Shown here: piece after piece, positions 37,989 through 49,514 of the stretch
Layout of the letters: each line of letters begins with the position of its first letter
How positions within the stretch are numbered: the first letter of the stretch is position 1
NCBI RefSeq assembly: GCF_006345805.1
Contig: NC_043006.1
Span: 75,454,001-75,518,000 of the forward strand
Length of the DNA stretch: 64,000 nucleotides
Direction: 5' to 3'
Origin: Octopus sinensis
Taxonomy: Eukaryota
The notes under the pieces: generated by a model
Seen by the model: the letters and a program-made list of their open reading frames with translations, nothing else
The model's database searches: none
What the model was told of the DNA's origin: nothing
Program-made: the position numbers and the translations under genes

Positions 37989-40634
37989 ATCTTAAATAAA
38001 AAGGGTATATTGAATAATTAATCTCTGATATACATGATTGATGAGGGGTGATCATTGCTGGAACACCTTCGTTTTGATCAAAGGTGGCCAAGGGACTAAA
38101 TCGAAACGTCTTTAAAAATGGAAAGCTGCTTAGTGCATCTAGGACTCTAATATCTTATGTTGGAAATTAAGCTGCTGACTGGATGGTCATGGCTCGGATG
38201 TCTTTGATTAATGAGCATTAGAACACAATTTAATTAAGAGACTGTCATTTCTAGATTTAAAATTACGATGAAGTTGACTTTTATCCCTTGGGAAGTATGA
38301 AAAAAGATGGAGTGGGTCTTAATGAAACAAATACCAGTTGCATATTGGTGTCAATTCAATCATCTATCTGCTTTTTTACTTACGGAATGGTGACCTTGTT
38401 CCTGCCTAGTCAAAAATCAATCAAAATATATCGATAGACAACATTCCAATTTTTCTTAATTTAAAAAAAAAATCGAAATGAAAAAGAAAGAAAAATGTTT
38501 TAAAATTGCGAACCTTGCTTTTAATTTTATTTGTATTATAATTTAATTTTATATTAATCTTTCAGGATTTCTTTAAAATCCTCTTCCTCCTCCCTTTCAT
38601 CATCATCATCATCATCATCTTCATCATTCTCATCGTCATCTCTTTATGATTATTTACATCTTCTCATTAAAATGTAAATTGAGTTCGTAAATAAACATTC
38701 CAACAATTATTTCTATCCATAAATCATTAGAGAGATGTGTAAATGAAACGAATAAATAGACAAATAGTTGGATAGTTGAATAAATTAATATGAAAGGATA
38801 AAAGCAAAGTTACCCTCGGCGGGATTTGAACAGAGACAGTAGAGAGCCGGAACGTATACCGTGCTAAACTCCAGCTTTGTACATTCACAACGAGGCTTCC
38901 GTCTTTATTATATACGTGACGCAACCATTTTTGTCGTAATCTTCATCGGTCGGTCTAACATAGATGATCTCGTTCATTCTTCCGTTTGTCTCAAGACCAC
39001 AAATATTTAGTCTCGCTGCAATATTAAGACCTAGGAAGGCGGTGAGCTGGTAGAATCGTTTTCATCCGTCTTTACGTTTTGAGTTCAAATTCCTCCAAGG
39101 TCGGCTATCCTTTTCATTCTTTCCGGATCGATTAAACAACTTACCAGTTGAGGACTCCGGTCGATTTAGTCGATTTATGCCCGAACTCGTCGGCCTTGTG
39201 TTAGAATTTGAAAATGTTAGGACCCAGTGCGGTATTTTACTTTTTACTAGCTTTGAATGAGGATTGAACCGAGCAGGATTCGTTGTTTTATAACAATGTT
39301 AAGAAAACCGTTTTTATTTACTGTCCTTTATTCACCAACCCAGTTCTACCTGATACATATGATAAGAAAAATTATTAATATTATAATCTCGCGGACAGGT
39401 TAACTGCCAGAATGGTTAGAGTGTCGAACAAAATGCCATAGGGGATTTCCTGCGATTCCTTTACGTTCTGGTTTCAAATCCCGCCGACGAGCTCATCTTT
39501 GCTTTTCATCTTGTCGGGGTCGGTAGAATAAAATACCAACCAAGTACTGCAGTCGATGGTATCCGCTCAAAGCATTCTCTGCTCAAAACTACTGGCTTTG
39601 TACCTAAATTAGAAACCGTATAATTTTAATGTTAGAACTGTTTTATACCAAGAGTAGTAAATTTAGAACCAAAGATGTGCGTATCATGAGAATTAAACAA
39701 ATAGTTAACTTGAAAAAAAATTCCTTATCTGAACCTTCAAATTCCTCTATGGTGGGTTAACTAAAGTCCGCACTCCACTCCAGAAGGGAAATTTCTGCAT
39801 AGAATATTTTTTTAAGTATTGTTTTTTATAAACATATCATGGTTTTTTTTTTACCTTAGACAACGCTCGTCTTGTCATATGTCTGTTATGAAAGCAGCAA
39901 TGATAATACTAAATAATTAAGTAGAAAAATGTAATGAACTGAGAAAGAGAGAGAGAGAGAGAGAGATACAGCTGGAAGAGGAAACACATTCACCATGTGT
40001 ATGCATGCATTAAACTAATTATGTATTGTTCCAAAATATTTCTCGCTGGTGCTCTGGGGTGCGTCATCAGTGATGTTTTGAGGGTTTTTAAAGGGCTTCG
40101 GGTCTTTCAGTATCAGAATCCACATCGAGTCGATCTGGCTGAAATCGATCCGTTTCACAAACTACTGCTTTGCTTTCCTTATCCAAACCCATCTATTGAC
40201 TTTTATAACTTCGGTTATAGAATATTTATCTTTAATCCTTTGTGTTAACTCGTTTCAGTCATTGGATTGCGGCCATGATGGGGCAGCGCCTTGAAGGGTT
40301 TTAGTCGAACAGATCAACCATAATAATTATTTTTAAAGTCTATTTACTTAGTCTATCGGTCTTTTTTGCAAAGCCGCTAAGTTACAAGGACGTAAGCAAA
40401 CCAACACTGATTGTCAAGCGGTGGTGCGACAGACACTGAGACGTTATCACACACATTCATATGCATACAAACACACACATACACACACGATGGAGTTCTT
40501 TCAGATTCAATCTACCATATCCATTCACAAGGCTTTGGTCGGCACGGGGCGAGGCACTTGCCCAAGGTGTCACACAGTGGGACTGAACCCGAAGCCAATT
40601 GCTTGAGAAGCAGATTTCTTATTACACACGCATG

Positions 40635-40670
<36 letters not shown>

Positions 40671-41096
40671 CAGGAATGAGTGGGTGGGTAAAAAGTGGGC
40701 AGCCACGTAGTCCTGGGCCCAGGATCCCATTGTTATCTTGGGCAAGTACATTAACCATAACCTCTTGTTAAACTAAGCCTCGCGAGTGAATACGGGTAGA
40801 CTGAAGCTACCCGGAAACCTGTCGGATAAACTATACTTGTAATTCAGAAGTCTAGTCTTGTCAAGCTTGCGTCACGTTGATTCTACCCGAGAATTGTGTG
40901 GTTGGAATACTCGGCCATTTCATAAGCTAATTCCACAACTGTCAAATTCGATGTGGGCGTCCGTAATGTATGTTGCATATGTTACACAATGTTATATGTG
41001 TTTGTGTGTATATATAAATATACACAGAGGTTATATATTATTTATTTTACATATTTAACATATGTAAATATACGTGTGTGTTATGTGTATTATGTA

Positions 41097-41420
41097 CCAA
41101 AGATGATCTTCTTCTCTGAACTGGCTTCTGGAACAAGAAACCCTGGAAGGCCACTGAGGCGATACAAGGACAGCCTGGAAACTTCCCTTGAGGCTTGCGG
41201 CATTTCAGCCCGTGGCTGAGAATCGCTTGCCTCTGACCACGGTTTTAGGCTGTTCGAGGAAAAGAGCCTGGACCAGAAGTGACAAGCCCGAAAAGAGAGG
41301 ATCCCCAGCCTTATTTCTGCTGTTATGTGTCCAACATGTGGTCGCGTCTGTGCGTCCGCCTTTTGGTTTCGCTCCCAACTCCGGCGTTACTGACGTGATT
41401 GTCGAACCCCGACAGACTTC
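41097..41420 (+). mobile_element. RTE-clade LINE 3' end, degenerate ORF
   Basis: PKMIFFSELASGTRNPGRPLRRYKDSLETSLEACGI..*ESLASD...CPTCGRVCAS resembles the RTE C-terminus with its CxxC motif. Confidence 0.8.
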
Positions 41421-41439
41421 CATTTTAATGTGTATTATA

Positions 41440-42158
41440 TACGAAATATGTTAAATATATGTTCTGTATATTTACACACAATCATATTAGCCTATGTACG
41501 TGAAAATGAAATGAGATATGATATAGATTATAATTTAGAATTCAGATGGACAAGCAACGAATTAAATAACGTACAATTTCCATACCATTGCTTGACTTGC
41601 TAAAAATAGCGGTCATGTTTCTCGCAGATCGCACACATATTAAAAAGAAAAGAAAAGAAACAGAACATTACATTGAGGACCATAGTCCTTCGTATACAAA
41701 ATAGTGGTTAGTCATCAGTGGAATACCTTTGATCATAAGTCTTGCTTATCTAGAGGAAAATGGAGCTCAAAAGCAGTAGCAACACCAGCATTCGAATCTT
41801 GCCCTTCCTTTAACGAGCGTATAGGTTTTCGTACCATTTGCTCTGTCTATCGACAGCAGACATATATTTAGTATGTTTTATAAAACCACATTCAAAGTGC
41901 ATTATCCCAGCATATTTTGTATACAAAGAACTACGGTACCCAAATGCAATGTTCTATTTCTTTTCTTTTCGTTTCTTTTTAGATGTGTGCGATCTGTGAG
42001 AAACATGACTGCTATTGTTAGCAAGTCAAGCAACGGTATGGAAATTGTACATAGGTTAATTCGTTGCTGATCCATCCCTTGCATATCTCATTTCATTTTC
42101 ATGTACATAGGCTAATATGATTGTAAATATACAGAACATATATTTAACATATTTCGTG
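41440..42158. mobile_element. Old fold-back element with diverged arms of about 260 bp
   Basis: 41440 to about 41705 is the reverse complement of about 41912-42158 (acgaaatatgttaaatatatgttctg...gtacaatttccatacc..ttgcttgacttgcta...cagatcgcacacat); TA at both outer ends. Confidence 0.8.
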
Positions 42159-43711
42159 TAATACAGTTTATAGTATTTTCTAACAACATCATTTCTATGT
42201 GCTTTTCTAAAACACAATATCTTACCTTACATTATAAAAATACAGATTTGGATAGTTTTAGATTGACCACTAAATTTTCAGGTATTTAGGATGAGCCGGC
42301 ACAAAGGTCGTGAAATACGTTCCCTTGGGTCTGCCTCATCATTTAGATCATAGGGACCAATTTACATCAAGCATTCATTATTTCTTGTTCAGCTCTGTCG
42401 TTGATATAATCGACTTGCCTCCACCCTTAAATTTCTGGTCTTGCGTTGGTCTTTACGTTCTGAGTTCAAATTCCGCCGAGGTTGACTTTGCCTTTCATCT
42501 TTCCGGGTCGATGAAATAAGTACCAGTTGCGCACTGGGGTCGACATGATCGACTAACCCCCTCCCCTGGAATTTCAGGCCTTGTACCTATTGTGGAAAGA
42601 GTTTTACTTTTGGTTGTCCAAGGAAGCAAGCTAGTAGAATTGTTACCGCACTAGGCAAAATTATTGGCGGCATTTTATCCGTCTTTACGTTCTGAGTTCA
42701 AATTCCGCCCAGGTTGACTTTGCCTTTCATCCATTCGGGGTCGATACAATAAGTACCAGTTGTGCACTGGGGTAGACATTATCGAGCTAGCCATAGTCCC
42801 AAAATTGCTGGTCTTGTGCCAAAATTTGAACACATCATTACTTTTGGATCTATAGGGAAGCGAACTGGTAGAACCGTTAGAGCGTCGAAAAAAATTGCTT
42901 TGCGGATTTTGTTCCAGCTCTTTATGTTCTGAGTTCAAATCCTGCTGAAGTTCCCTTAGCTTTTTAATTCTTCGGGTATCGATAAAATAAAATACCAGTC
43001 AAAAGGGGGGACGATGGCATCGATTAATTCCTTCTCTTCAATTAGAAACCATTTATTACTTTTGGGCGTTTATAAACCCTGTAACCTCTATGTGTGCGTG
43101 TGTGTGTTAGAGGAAGGAAGCTATGTCTATTTAGATTATCATTCTACAGTTATTTATCTCGCTTTATACCACTATTGATTGTCCAGGGCGAAATATCACA
43201 GATGAGAGCAAAGTATGCCAACATAAAACAAACAAAATCGACTGCGAGCTACCAGAATCGTTAGCACGTCGGGCGAAAAGTTTTTCCGGCCTTTCGACCG
43301 TCTTTACGTTCAGAGTTCAAAGTCCGCCAGGTCGACTTTGCCTTTCATCTTTCGGGGTCGATAAATAAATTAAGTGCCAGTTGTGTACTGGAGTCGATCT
43401 AATCGACTGCCCCCGCTCCCACCAAATTTCAGGCCTTGTGCCTATAGTAGAAAGGATTATTATTATTATTATTGTTATTATTATTATTATCATCAAGAAA
43501 AGGCTGCGAGCTGGCAGAATCATTAGAACACCAGGAAAAATGCTTAGCGGCATTTCGTCCATCATTACGTTCTCAGTTCAAATTCCGCCGATGTCCACTT
43601 TGCCTTTCATCCCTTTCGTGGTTGATAAAATAAGTACCAGTTGAACACTGGGGTCGATGTAATCTATTCTTCTCCCCTAAAATTGCTACCCTTGTGGCAA
43701 AATTTCAAACC

Positions 43712-43868
43712 ATTATTATTATTATTATTGAGTGAGAGAGCAGTTCATGCCATCAAAGTGACACTGGGGTAAAATATACGAAGCCCAATATACCCATCAT
43801 GACTACCAGTCTGATAAGGGTACACCAGGCACATGCATCACAACCATATGTGTGCGACATGGTGATCT
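43712..43868 (-). mobile_element. Short (AAT)n-tailed retroposon fragment with 35-bp TSD
   Basis: ctaaaattgctacccttgtggcaaaatttcaaacc identical at 43677-43711 and 43869-43903, each followed by (att)n. Confidence 0.8.
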
Positions 43869-43902
43869 CTAAAATTGCTACCCTTGTGGCAAAATTTCAA
43901 AC

Positions 43903-43937
<35 letters not shown>

Positions 43938-44358
43938 GTTGATTTATTCTTCGAGTGACCTCTTCTTGGTTGTTGTAGGTGCAGTGTTTCAACTGCTTCG
44001 TTTTACTCTTCGGCCTTCTGTGAGTGTCTGTCGCAGTTTTGTTTCGGCAGCATTTACGGTATTCTCGAAAGCAAACCCTTCATTCAAACCGCATAGGGCG
44101 GAGATAAACAACTAAAGATGAGGACACCAGCCCATTAAATCAAAGTATAATAATAATTACTAATCGCTAAAAATTCACATAAAGAAAGCCATTTTCACAC
44201 AAGTATTTAATTTTCTAGTATTTGAAAGCCAGTTGCTTGAAATACCTCATTACCATGTTATTTTCTCCACATATTTCTTTAATCATTAATTAATTAATTA
44301 TTATAAGAAATATTGAATTTCTAAATCTCTCGTAGAGACCTGTACGGTGGTGGGGCGA

Positions 44359-44571
44359 TAGAATGGTTGTATACTGTCAATCTAACAAGAACGTGACAGT
44401 AGGGGGTACACCACCGTTGTATAGCCCTAGGAGGCATCGAACGCCTCCTGACAGCTTCGAAAAAATGTGTCGAAGCTGTCAGGAGGCGTTCGATGCCTCC
44501 TAGGGCTATACAACGGTGGTGTACCCCCTACTGTCACGTTCTTGTTAGATTGACAGTATACAACCATTCTA
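44359..44571. repeat. Perfect palindrome, 102-bp arms, 9-nt loop
   Basis: 44359-44460 is the exact reverse complement of 44470-44571. Confidence 0.97.
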
Positions 44572-45885
44572 ATTAATTATTATTATTATATTATTATTAT
44601 TATTATTATTATTAGGCAGCGAGCTGACAGAATCGTTAGCACGCTGGGCGAAATGCCGCCAAGCATTTCTTTCGTCCGTCATTACATTCTGAGTTCAAAT
44701 TGTGCCGAGGTCGACTTTGCCTGTTATCCTTTCGGGGGTCTATAAATTAGGAACCAGTGAAACGCTGGGGTCGATGTAATCGACTAGTCCCCCTCCGCTA
44801 AAATTTCAGGATTTGTGCCTATAATAGAAAGGATCATTATTATTATTAGTTTGAGGGCGAAGTTGACGAGCTGGCAGAATCGTTAGAGCATCTGGAAAAA
44901 TTTTTTGTAGTATATTTGTTTTAGCTCTTTACATTCTGAGTTCAAATCCCGCCAAGTACAGATTTGCCATTCATCCTTTCGGGGTCATTAAAATAAAGTA
45001 CTAGCCTAGCATTGGTGTCGATAGTGTATCGATTAACCCCCATCCCTTGGAAATTACTGGTAGTCTGCCTAAATTAGATGAAGAAAGGGAGATGAATTGA
45101 TAAATCATTGAACGCTGGATTAAATAACTTAATCTATTTAGCTAAATCTCTTTACGTTTCGAATTTAAATCCTGCCATAAACAACTTGCCCCTACCTAAA
45201 TAAAAAAATCTTCCGGTGTTAATAAAATAAGAAGCAGCCAATTTAATTGGCTGATAATTTGTAGTATTGTGCCTATAAGGTAGTGATGGGTACAAATCCC
45301 GCCGAGGTCAACTTCTCCCTTTTAATTCTTCTAAGGGTAGATAAAATAAAGCACTAGTCAAGACTAAACCCGCCCCATCTTCTCCAAACTTCTGGCTTTG
45401 TGTACATGTTAAAAATTTTTATGATAAAAAAATGGTAGATTGGCAGAATCGTTTGAGAGTCGGAAATAAATGCCTTAACGTGTTTGTTCCGTCACTTTTA
45501 CGTTCTGAGTTCAATTCCTGCCCAAGTTGACTTTGCCTTTTCCATTCTAGTGTCGATAAAAATAAGTATCAGTCAAATACTGGTGATTGAAGAAAGCTTC
45601 TATTCCTCCATTCTACACCACCCTAACCTATTTGTAGCCCCGAGCCCATGTTACAAAACAAAAATTCTTATTAAATGTGGCAAATTGATAGATTACGTAG
45701 AGCGCTGGATTTAATGTCTTACATTAATCACTGAACCTCTACAATCGTAGTTCAAATCCCACCGAGGTCATCTTTGCCTTTTGTCCCTCTGGGATCGGTA
45801 AGCATGTATACACCTAATACTGGTGATGATGAAATCGACTCGACTACATATTCTTTTAAGACATATTGTTTCCAGTGAAAAGGAA

Positions 45886-45916
<31 letters not shown>

Positions 45917-46365
45917 TGTTACCTATACATATATTTTTCATTTCTTTCAAATTAAGGGTCGATAAACCCTTCACAATACAACAGGAACAACTTCTTTTAT
46001 AAGGACCAGAGCATAATAAAAAAAATCCTCTTTTTTATTAAAATAAAAACAACTTTGTTGAAAATTTCTTAATTAATCTTTGGTGTTTTCTTGTTATTTT
46101 TTCTTGGATTTTTGTTGTTTTTTTCATTTCATTCTGTTTTATGGATTAACAATATTGATTCTGTTTATGTCACAGTGACAAGTGCAGTGAAAGGTAACAG
46201 CGTAACGTCTAACCTGCCCTTTGATCTAGTGTAAAAAACAGAAACATTACGTTTATAATCCTGTCGTGTCTGTGCGTGTGTGTTAGAGGAAGGAAGCTAT
46301 ATCTATTTAGATTATCATCATTCTGCAGTTGTTTATCTCACTTTATACCGCTATTGATATATATA

Positions 46366-46741
46366 CTAGCAGTATCGCCCGGCGTTGCTCGGGTTTGTAA
46401 GGGAAATAACTATAAAGCATTTTTAGAGAGTTATAAATAAATAGCAAAATAATGGGAAAAAAATTATGGTAAATTTTTTTGAGAGTTAAAACGGTCGAGT
46501 TGCGTCCCCATGACAGTCTGTGATTTGTGTTTCTGATTCTCGACCCCATGTCGAATTTATCGATTATTTTTTCAGAACTGGGGGAACTTTTCAAAATTTT
46601 CGCTACGTTAGTTTTGAATTATGACATTGGGCTATGTGTGTGTCAAGTTTCATCAGAATCGGTTGAAAGCCGTGGTCAGGGTGAGGGTACAACCTAACAG
46701 ACACACAGACACGCAGACAGACAAACTGCCGTTTATATAGA
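46366..46741 (-). mobile_element. Non-autonomous Helitron (different 5' module)
   Basis: Minus strand A|TCTATATAAACGGC...CCCGAGCAACGCCGGGCGATACTGCTAG|T. Confidence 0.9.
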
Positions 46742-46758
46742 TATATATATAATATATA

Positions 46759-47128
46759 GGCGCAGGAGTGGCTGTGTGGTAAGTAGTTTGTTTACCAACC
46801 ACATGGTTCCGGGTTCAGTCCCACTGCGTGGCACCTTGGGCAAGTGTCTTCTACTATAGCCTCGGGCCAACCAAAGCCTTGTGAGTGGATTTGGTAGACG
46901 GAAACTGAAAGAAGCCCGTCGTATATATATATGCGTGTGTGTGTTTGTGTGTCTGTGTTTGCTGGTGTGTTTATGTCCCCGTCACTTAGCGCTTCAGCAA
47001 AAGAGACCGATAGAATAAGTACTGGGCTTACAAAGAATAAGTCCCGGGGTCGAGTTGCTCGACTAAAGGCGGTGCTCCAGCATGGCCGCAGTCAAATGAC
47101 TGAAACAAGTAAAAGAGTAAAAAAAGAG
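46759..47128 (+). mobile_element. SINE family A, full length
   Basis: ggcgcaggagtggctgtgtggtaag ... aaaagagtaaaa. Confidence 0.88.
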
Positions 47129-47628
47129 TATATATACACATATACTTAATTGCTGACAAGATAGCAGCTTTCAGAGCCGGCACTGTATGATACGAAGTTT
47201 CGTAAAAATATACCTTCGTGTAAACCATGCAATCGAGAATAGAAAAATAGGTAATGAGTGTACAATTATATTTCGAAAATTATTGTCCTCTCATCAGCTT
47301 CTCAGGCAACTTTTCAACAACCTACAAACGATATTGTTTAAATATCGATTATGTTTGGTGGTGTATATATGTATATGTGTGTGTGTGTGTTAAAGATATA
47401 TGTAAAATACATGTGATACATTTATACAATATATGTAATATATATCATGGGTATGTAATAAATGCGTATATGATATGAGTTCATTCAATATATATATATA
47501 TGATATTATGCACAAACACAATTTTGCGTTTCTTATGAGACACACTTTACATATATACATATATGAACACTCACGATTATACGTATGCATATAAATGCAC
47601 CATGTGATTGTGAATAACAATTTGAATA

Positions 47629-48134
47629 TCTATATATATAAAACTCTAGTTGTGTGAGTGTCTGTCCCCTTCGATTTAGATTCCTAACTCCTCCCACATT
47701 TTGCGGTGCAGTTTAACCAAATTCGGGTATCTTATAGTCGTGATTCATATCGAGCCCGTCTGACTATTAGCGCGCGTCAACGATGAGTCTACGATTTTAA
47801 AAATAATTTAACATCATTTTTTATTCCATTTTAATGCATAAAATGCATCGTGTGTCGATGGCGGCGGAGTTGGCGTCCACGCTCACAGCTGCACCTGTTT
47901 GCTTCTCCCCCTTCCCTCCCTCGTGAAGCTGTGGGGAATGGAGTGTAAAGAAATCAACGTCGTAATGCGTTGTGAAGGAAACCAGCGTTCTTTTAGAACA
48001 ACGACTTCATGGCTTGAAGACACCAAAGCAAAAATGGCTAAGAAAGCCCGAATTTATAATGGAAGTAACTCTCTAAAAATGCTTATATAGTTATTTCCCT
48101 TACAAACCCGAGCAACGCCGGGCGATACTGCTAG
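47629..48134 (+). mobile_element. Non-autonomous Helitron with extra internal segment
   Basis: A|TCTATATATATAAAA...hairpin...CTAG. Confidence 0.9.
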
Positions 48135-48524
48135 TCTTTATATATAAAAGAGAGGTTGTGTGTCTGTCTCCTACGATTTAGATTCCTAACTACTCCCACA
48201 TTTTGCGGTGCAGTTTAACCAAAAGCGGGTATCTTATAGTCGTGATTCATATCGAGCCCTTCTGGGTATTAGCGATGAGTCTACGATTTAAAAATAAAAT
48301 TTACCATCTTTTTTTTCCATTTTAATGCATTTTTTTCGCTATTATATAAGGGAAGTAACTCTCTAAAAATGTCTACGATGAGTCATTGATTTTTAAAAGA
48401 AATTACCATAATTTTTTTCCCATTTTTAATGCATTTTTTTGCTATCTTTTGGTTATAACTCTCTAAAAATGCTTATATAGTTATTTCCCTTACAAACCCG
48501 AGCAACGCCGGGCGATACTGCTAG
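48135..48524 (+). mobile_element. Non-autonomous Helitron, head-to-tail after the previous copy
   Basis: CTAG|TCTTTATATATAAAAG junction; ends CTAG|T at 48524/48525. Confidence 0.92.
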
Positions 48525-49146
48525 TGTTTAAATAAATTATGAGTATCAAAAGAGGCACTAAGATTTCGTCTGAAAAGTTGATATGGTGTTGACGGTAATG
48601 TTCTTCGGTCAGATTGCAGGCTGATGAGCCGAGTCCATATTTTACCTCATGTAATCAGTGCTGCATTGCGTCAAAAGGTTGATGCTTTATGATTCTGTTG
48701 ATCTCGATGTACATATATATATTGGAAGTTCATACACTTCGCTCGTGGAGGCTGTGAAACATTGTTTAATAATTGGCGTTAGCACGATGAGCTGAGGTTA
48801 TACAGATTCTTTTTTCATTACTGGTAAAGCAAGACAAAACTTTTCTTGGTGTATTATTCGTAAAGGTTTCATAATATCAGCCAAGAATGAAAGGTATAAC
48901 GTTAACTAAAGCTTAAAATAAAAGCATTACGAGTCATGAGAACGAAAGTATTCAATAACACCGGGGTTCAGATTAAATTTGACAGTTTGAATAAAAGAAG
49001 GAAAAGGAACAACATCCTATCCAAAAAGAGAAGTATGTTAAAAAAATATGAAAAATATAGACAAGAATATAACGGCGATAAAAGTTTAATCAAAGTAACC
49101 GCCCTCGGTTTCCGCTGCAGCCCCAAGGCAGTCCTAGAACTTAACA

Positions 49147-49514
49147 CTTGCATACCTCCTTGACCTTGGACACCAGCTCGGTGTTGTAGGAAGAGCGGTT
49201 GGTGTCTCTCTTAACCGCCCCTTTCACATAGTAATTCGTGGAGTAACAATCGGGTAAATTGAGAGGCCAGAAATTGGGGCAGGTGAAGTCGTAGAAATTC
49301 CTCGATAACCACTTTTGACTCTTTCTGGAGGTTTGGTCTCACATGGCTTTCAGGAAGCAATCCTGTCCATCCAATTTTTGATCACAATCTTCAGCAGCTT
49401 CACATATCCATCTGAATTATGCGTAAGGACCTGCTCGGATATGTGGGGCGGCAGGACTCCTTTACTGGAGGCACACTCAAAGACCATTACATTTTGGGTG
49501 AACTTAGTTTCAAG
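49147..49514 (-). pseudogene. Mariner-like (maT/DD37D-type) transposase relic
   Basis: ETKFTQNVMVF..SSKG.VLPPH...NSDGYVKLLKIVIKNWMDRI..., then KSQKWLSRNFYDFTCPNFWP..PDC..NYYV.GAVKRDTNRS; the QQD block is deleted; stops and frameshifts. Confidence 0.75.

Larger units (their letters stand above)
42440..45560. mobile_element. Dense cluster of about 10 variably decayed family B SINEs in both orientations
   Basis: ttacgttctgagttcaaat...gactttgcctttcatc motif near 42445, 42680, 42920, 43300, 43565, 44680, 44930, 45290, 45500. Confidence 0.75.

Noticed and set aside
40020-40075. Hammerhead-like CUGAUGA...GAAA on the minus strand
   Set aside because: Stem II is out of register by one base and no valid stem III/NUH pairing was found
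39997-40248. Short protein-like ORFs on both strands
   Set aside because: No convincing splice signals or recognisable homology
43085-43180. About 100-bp similarity to 46265-46358
   Set aside because: Similarity does not extend into the flanks; probably a short dispersed repeat, not a segmental duplication
46759-46830. tRNA genes at SINE heads (families A-D)
   Set aside because: A/B-box-like heads run into SINE bodies; no complete cloverleaf with an acceptor stem was seen
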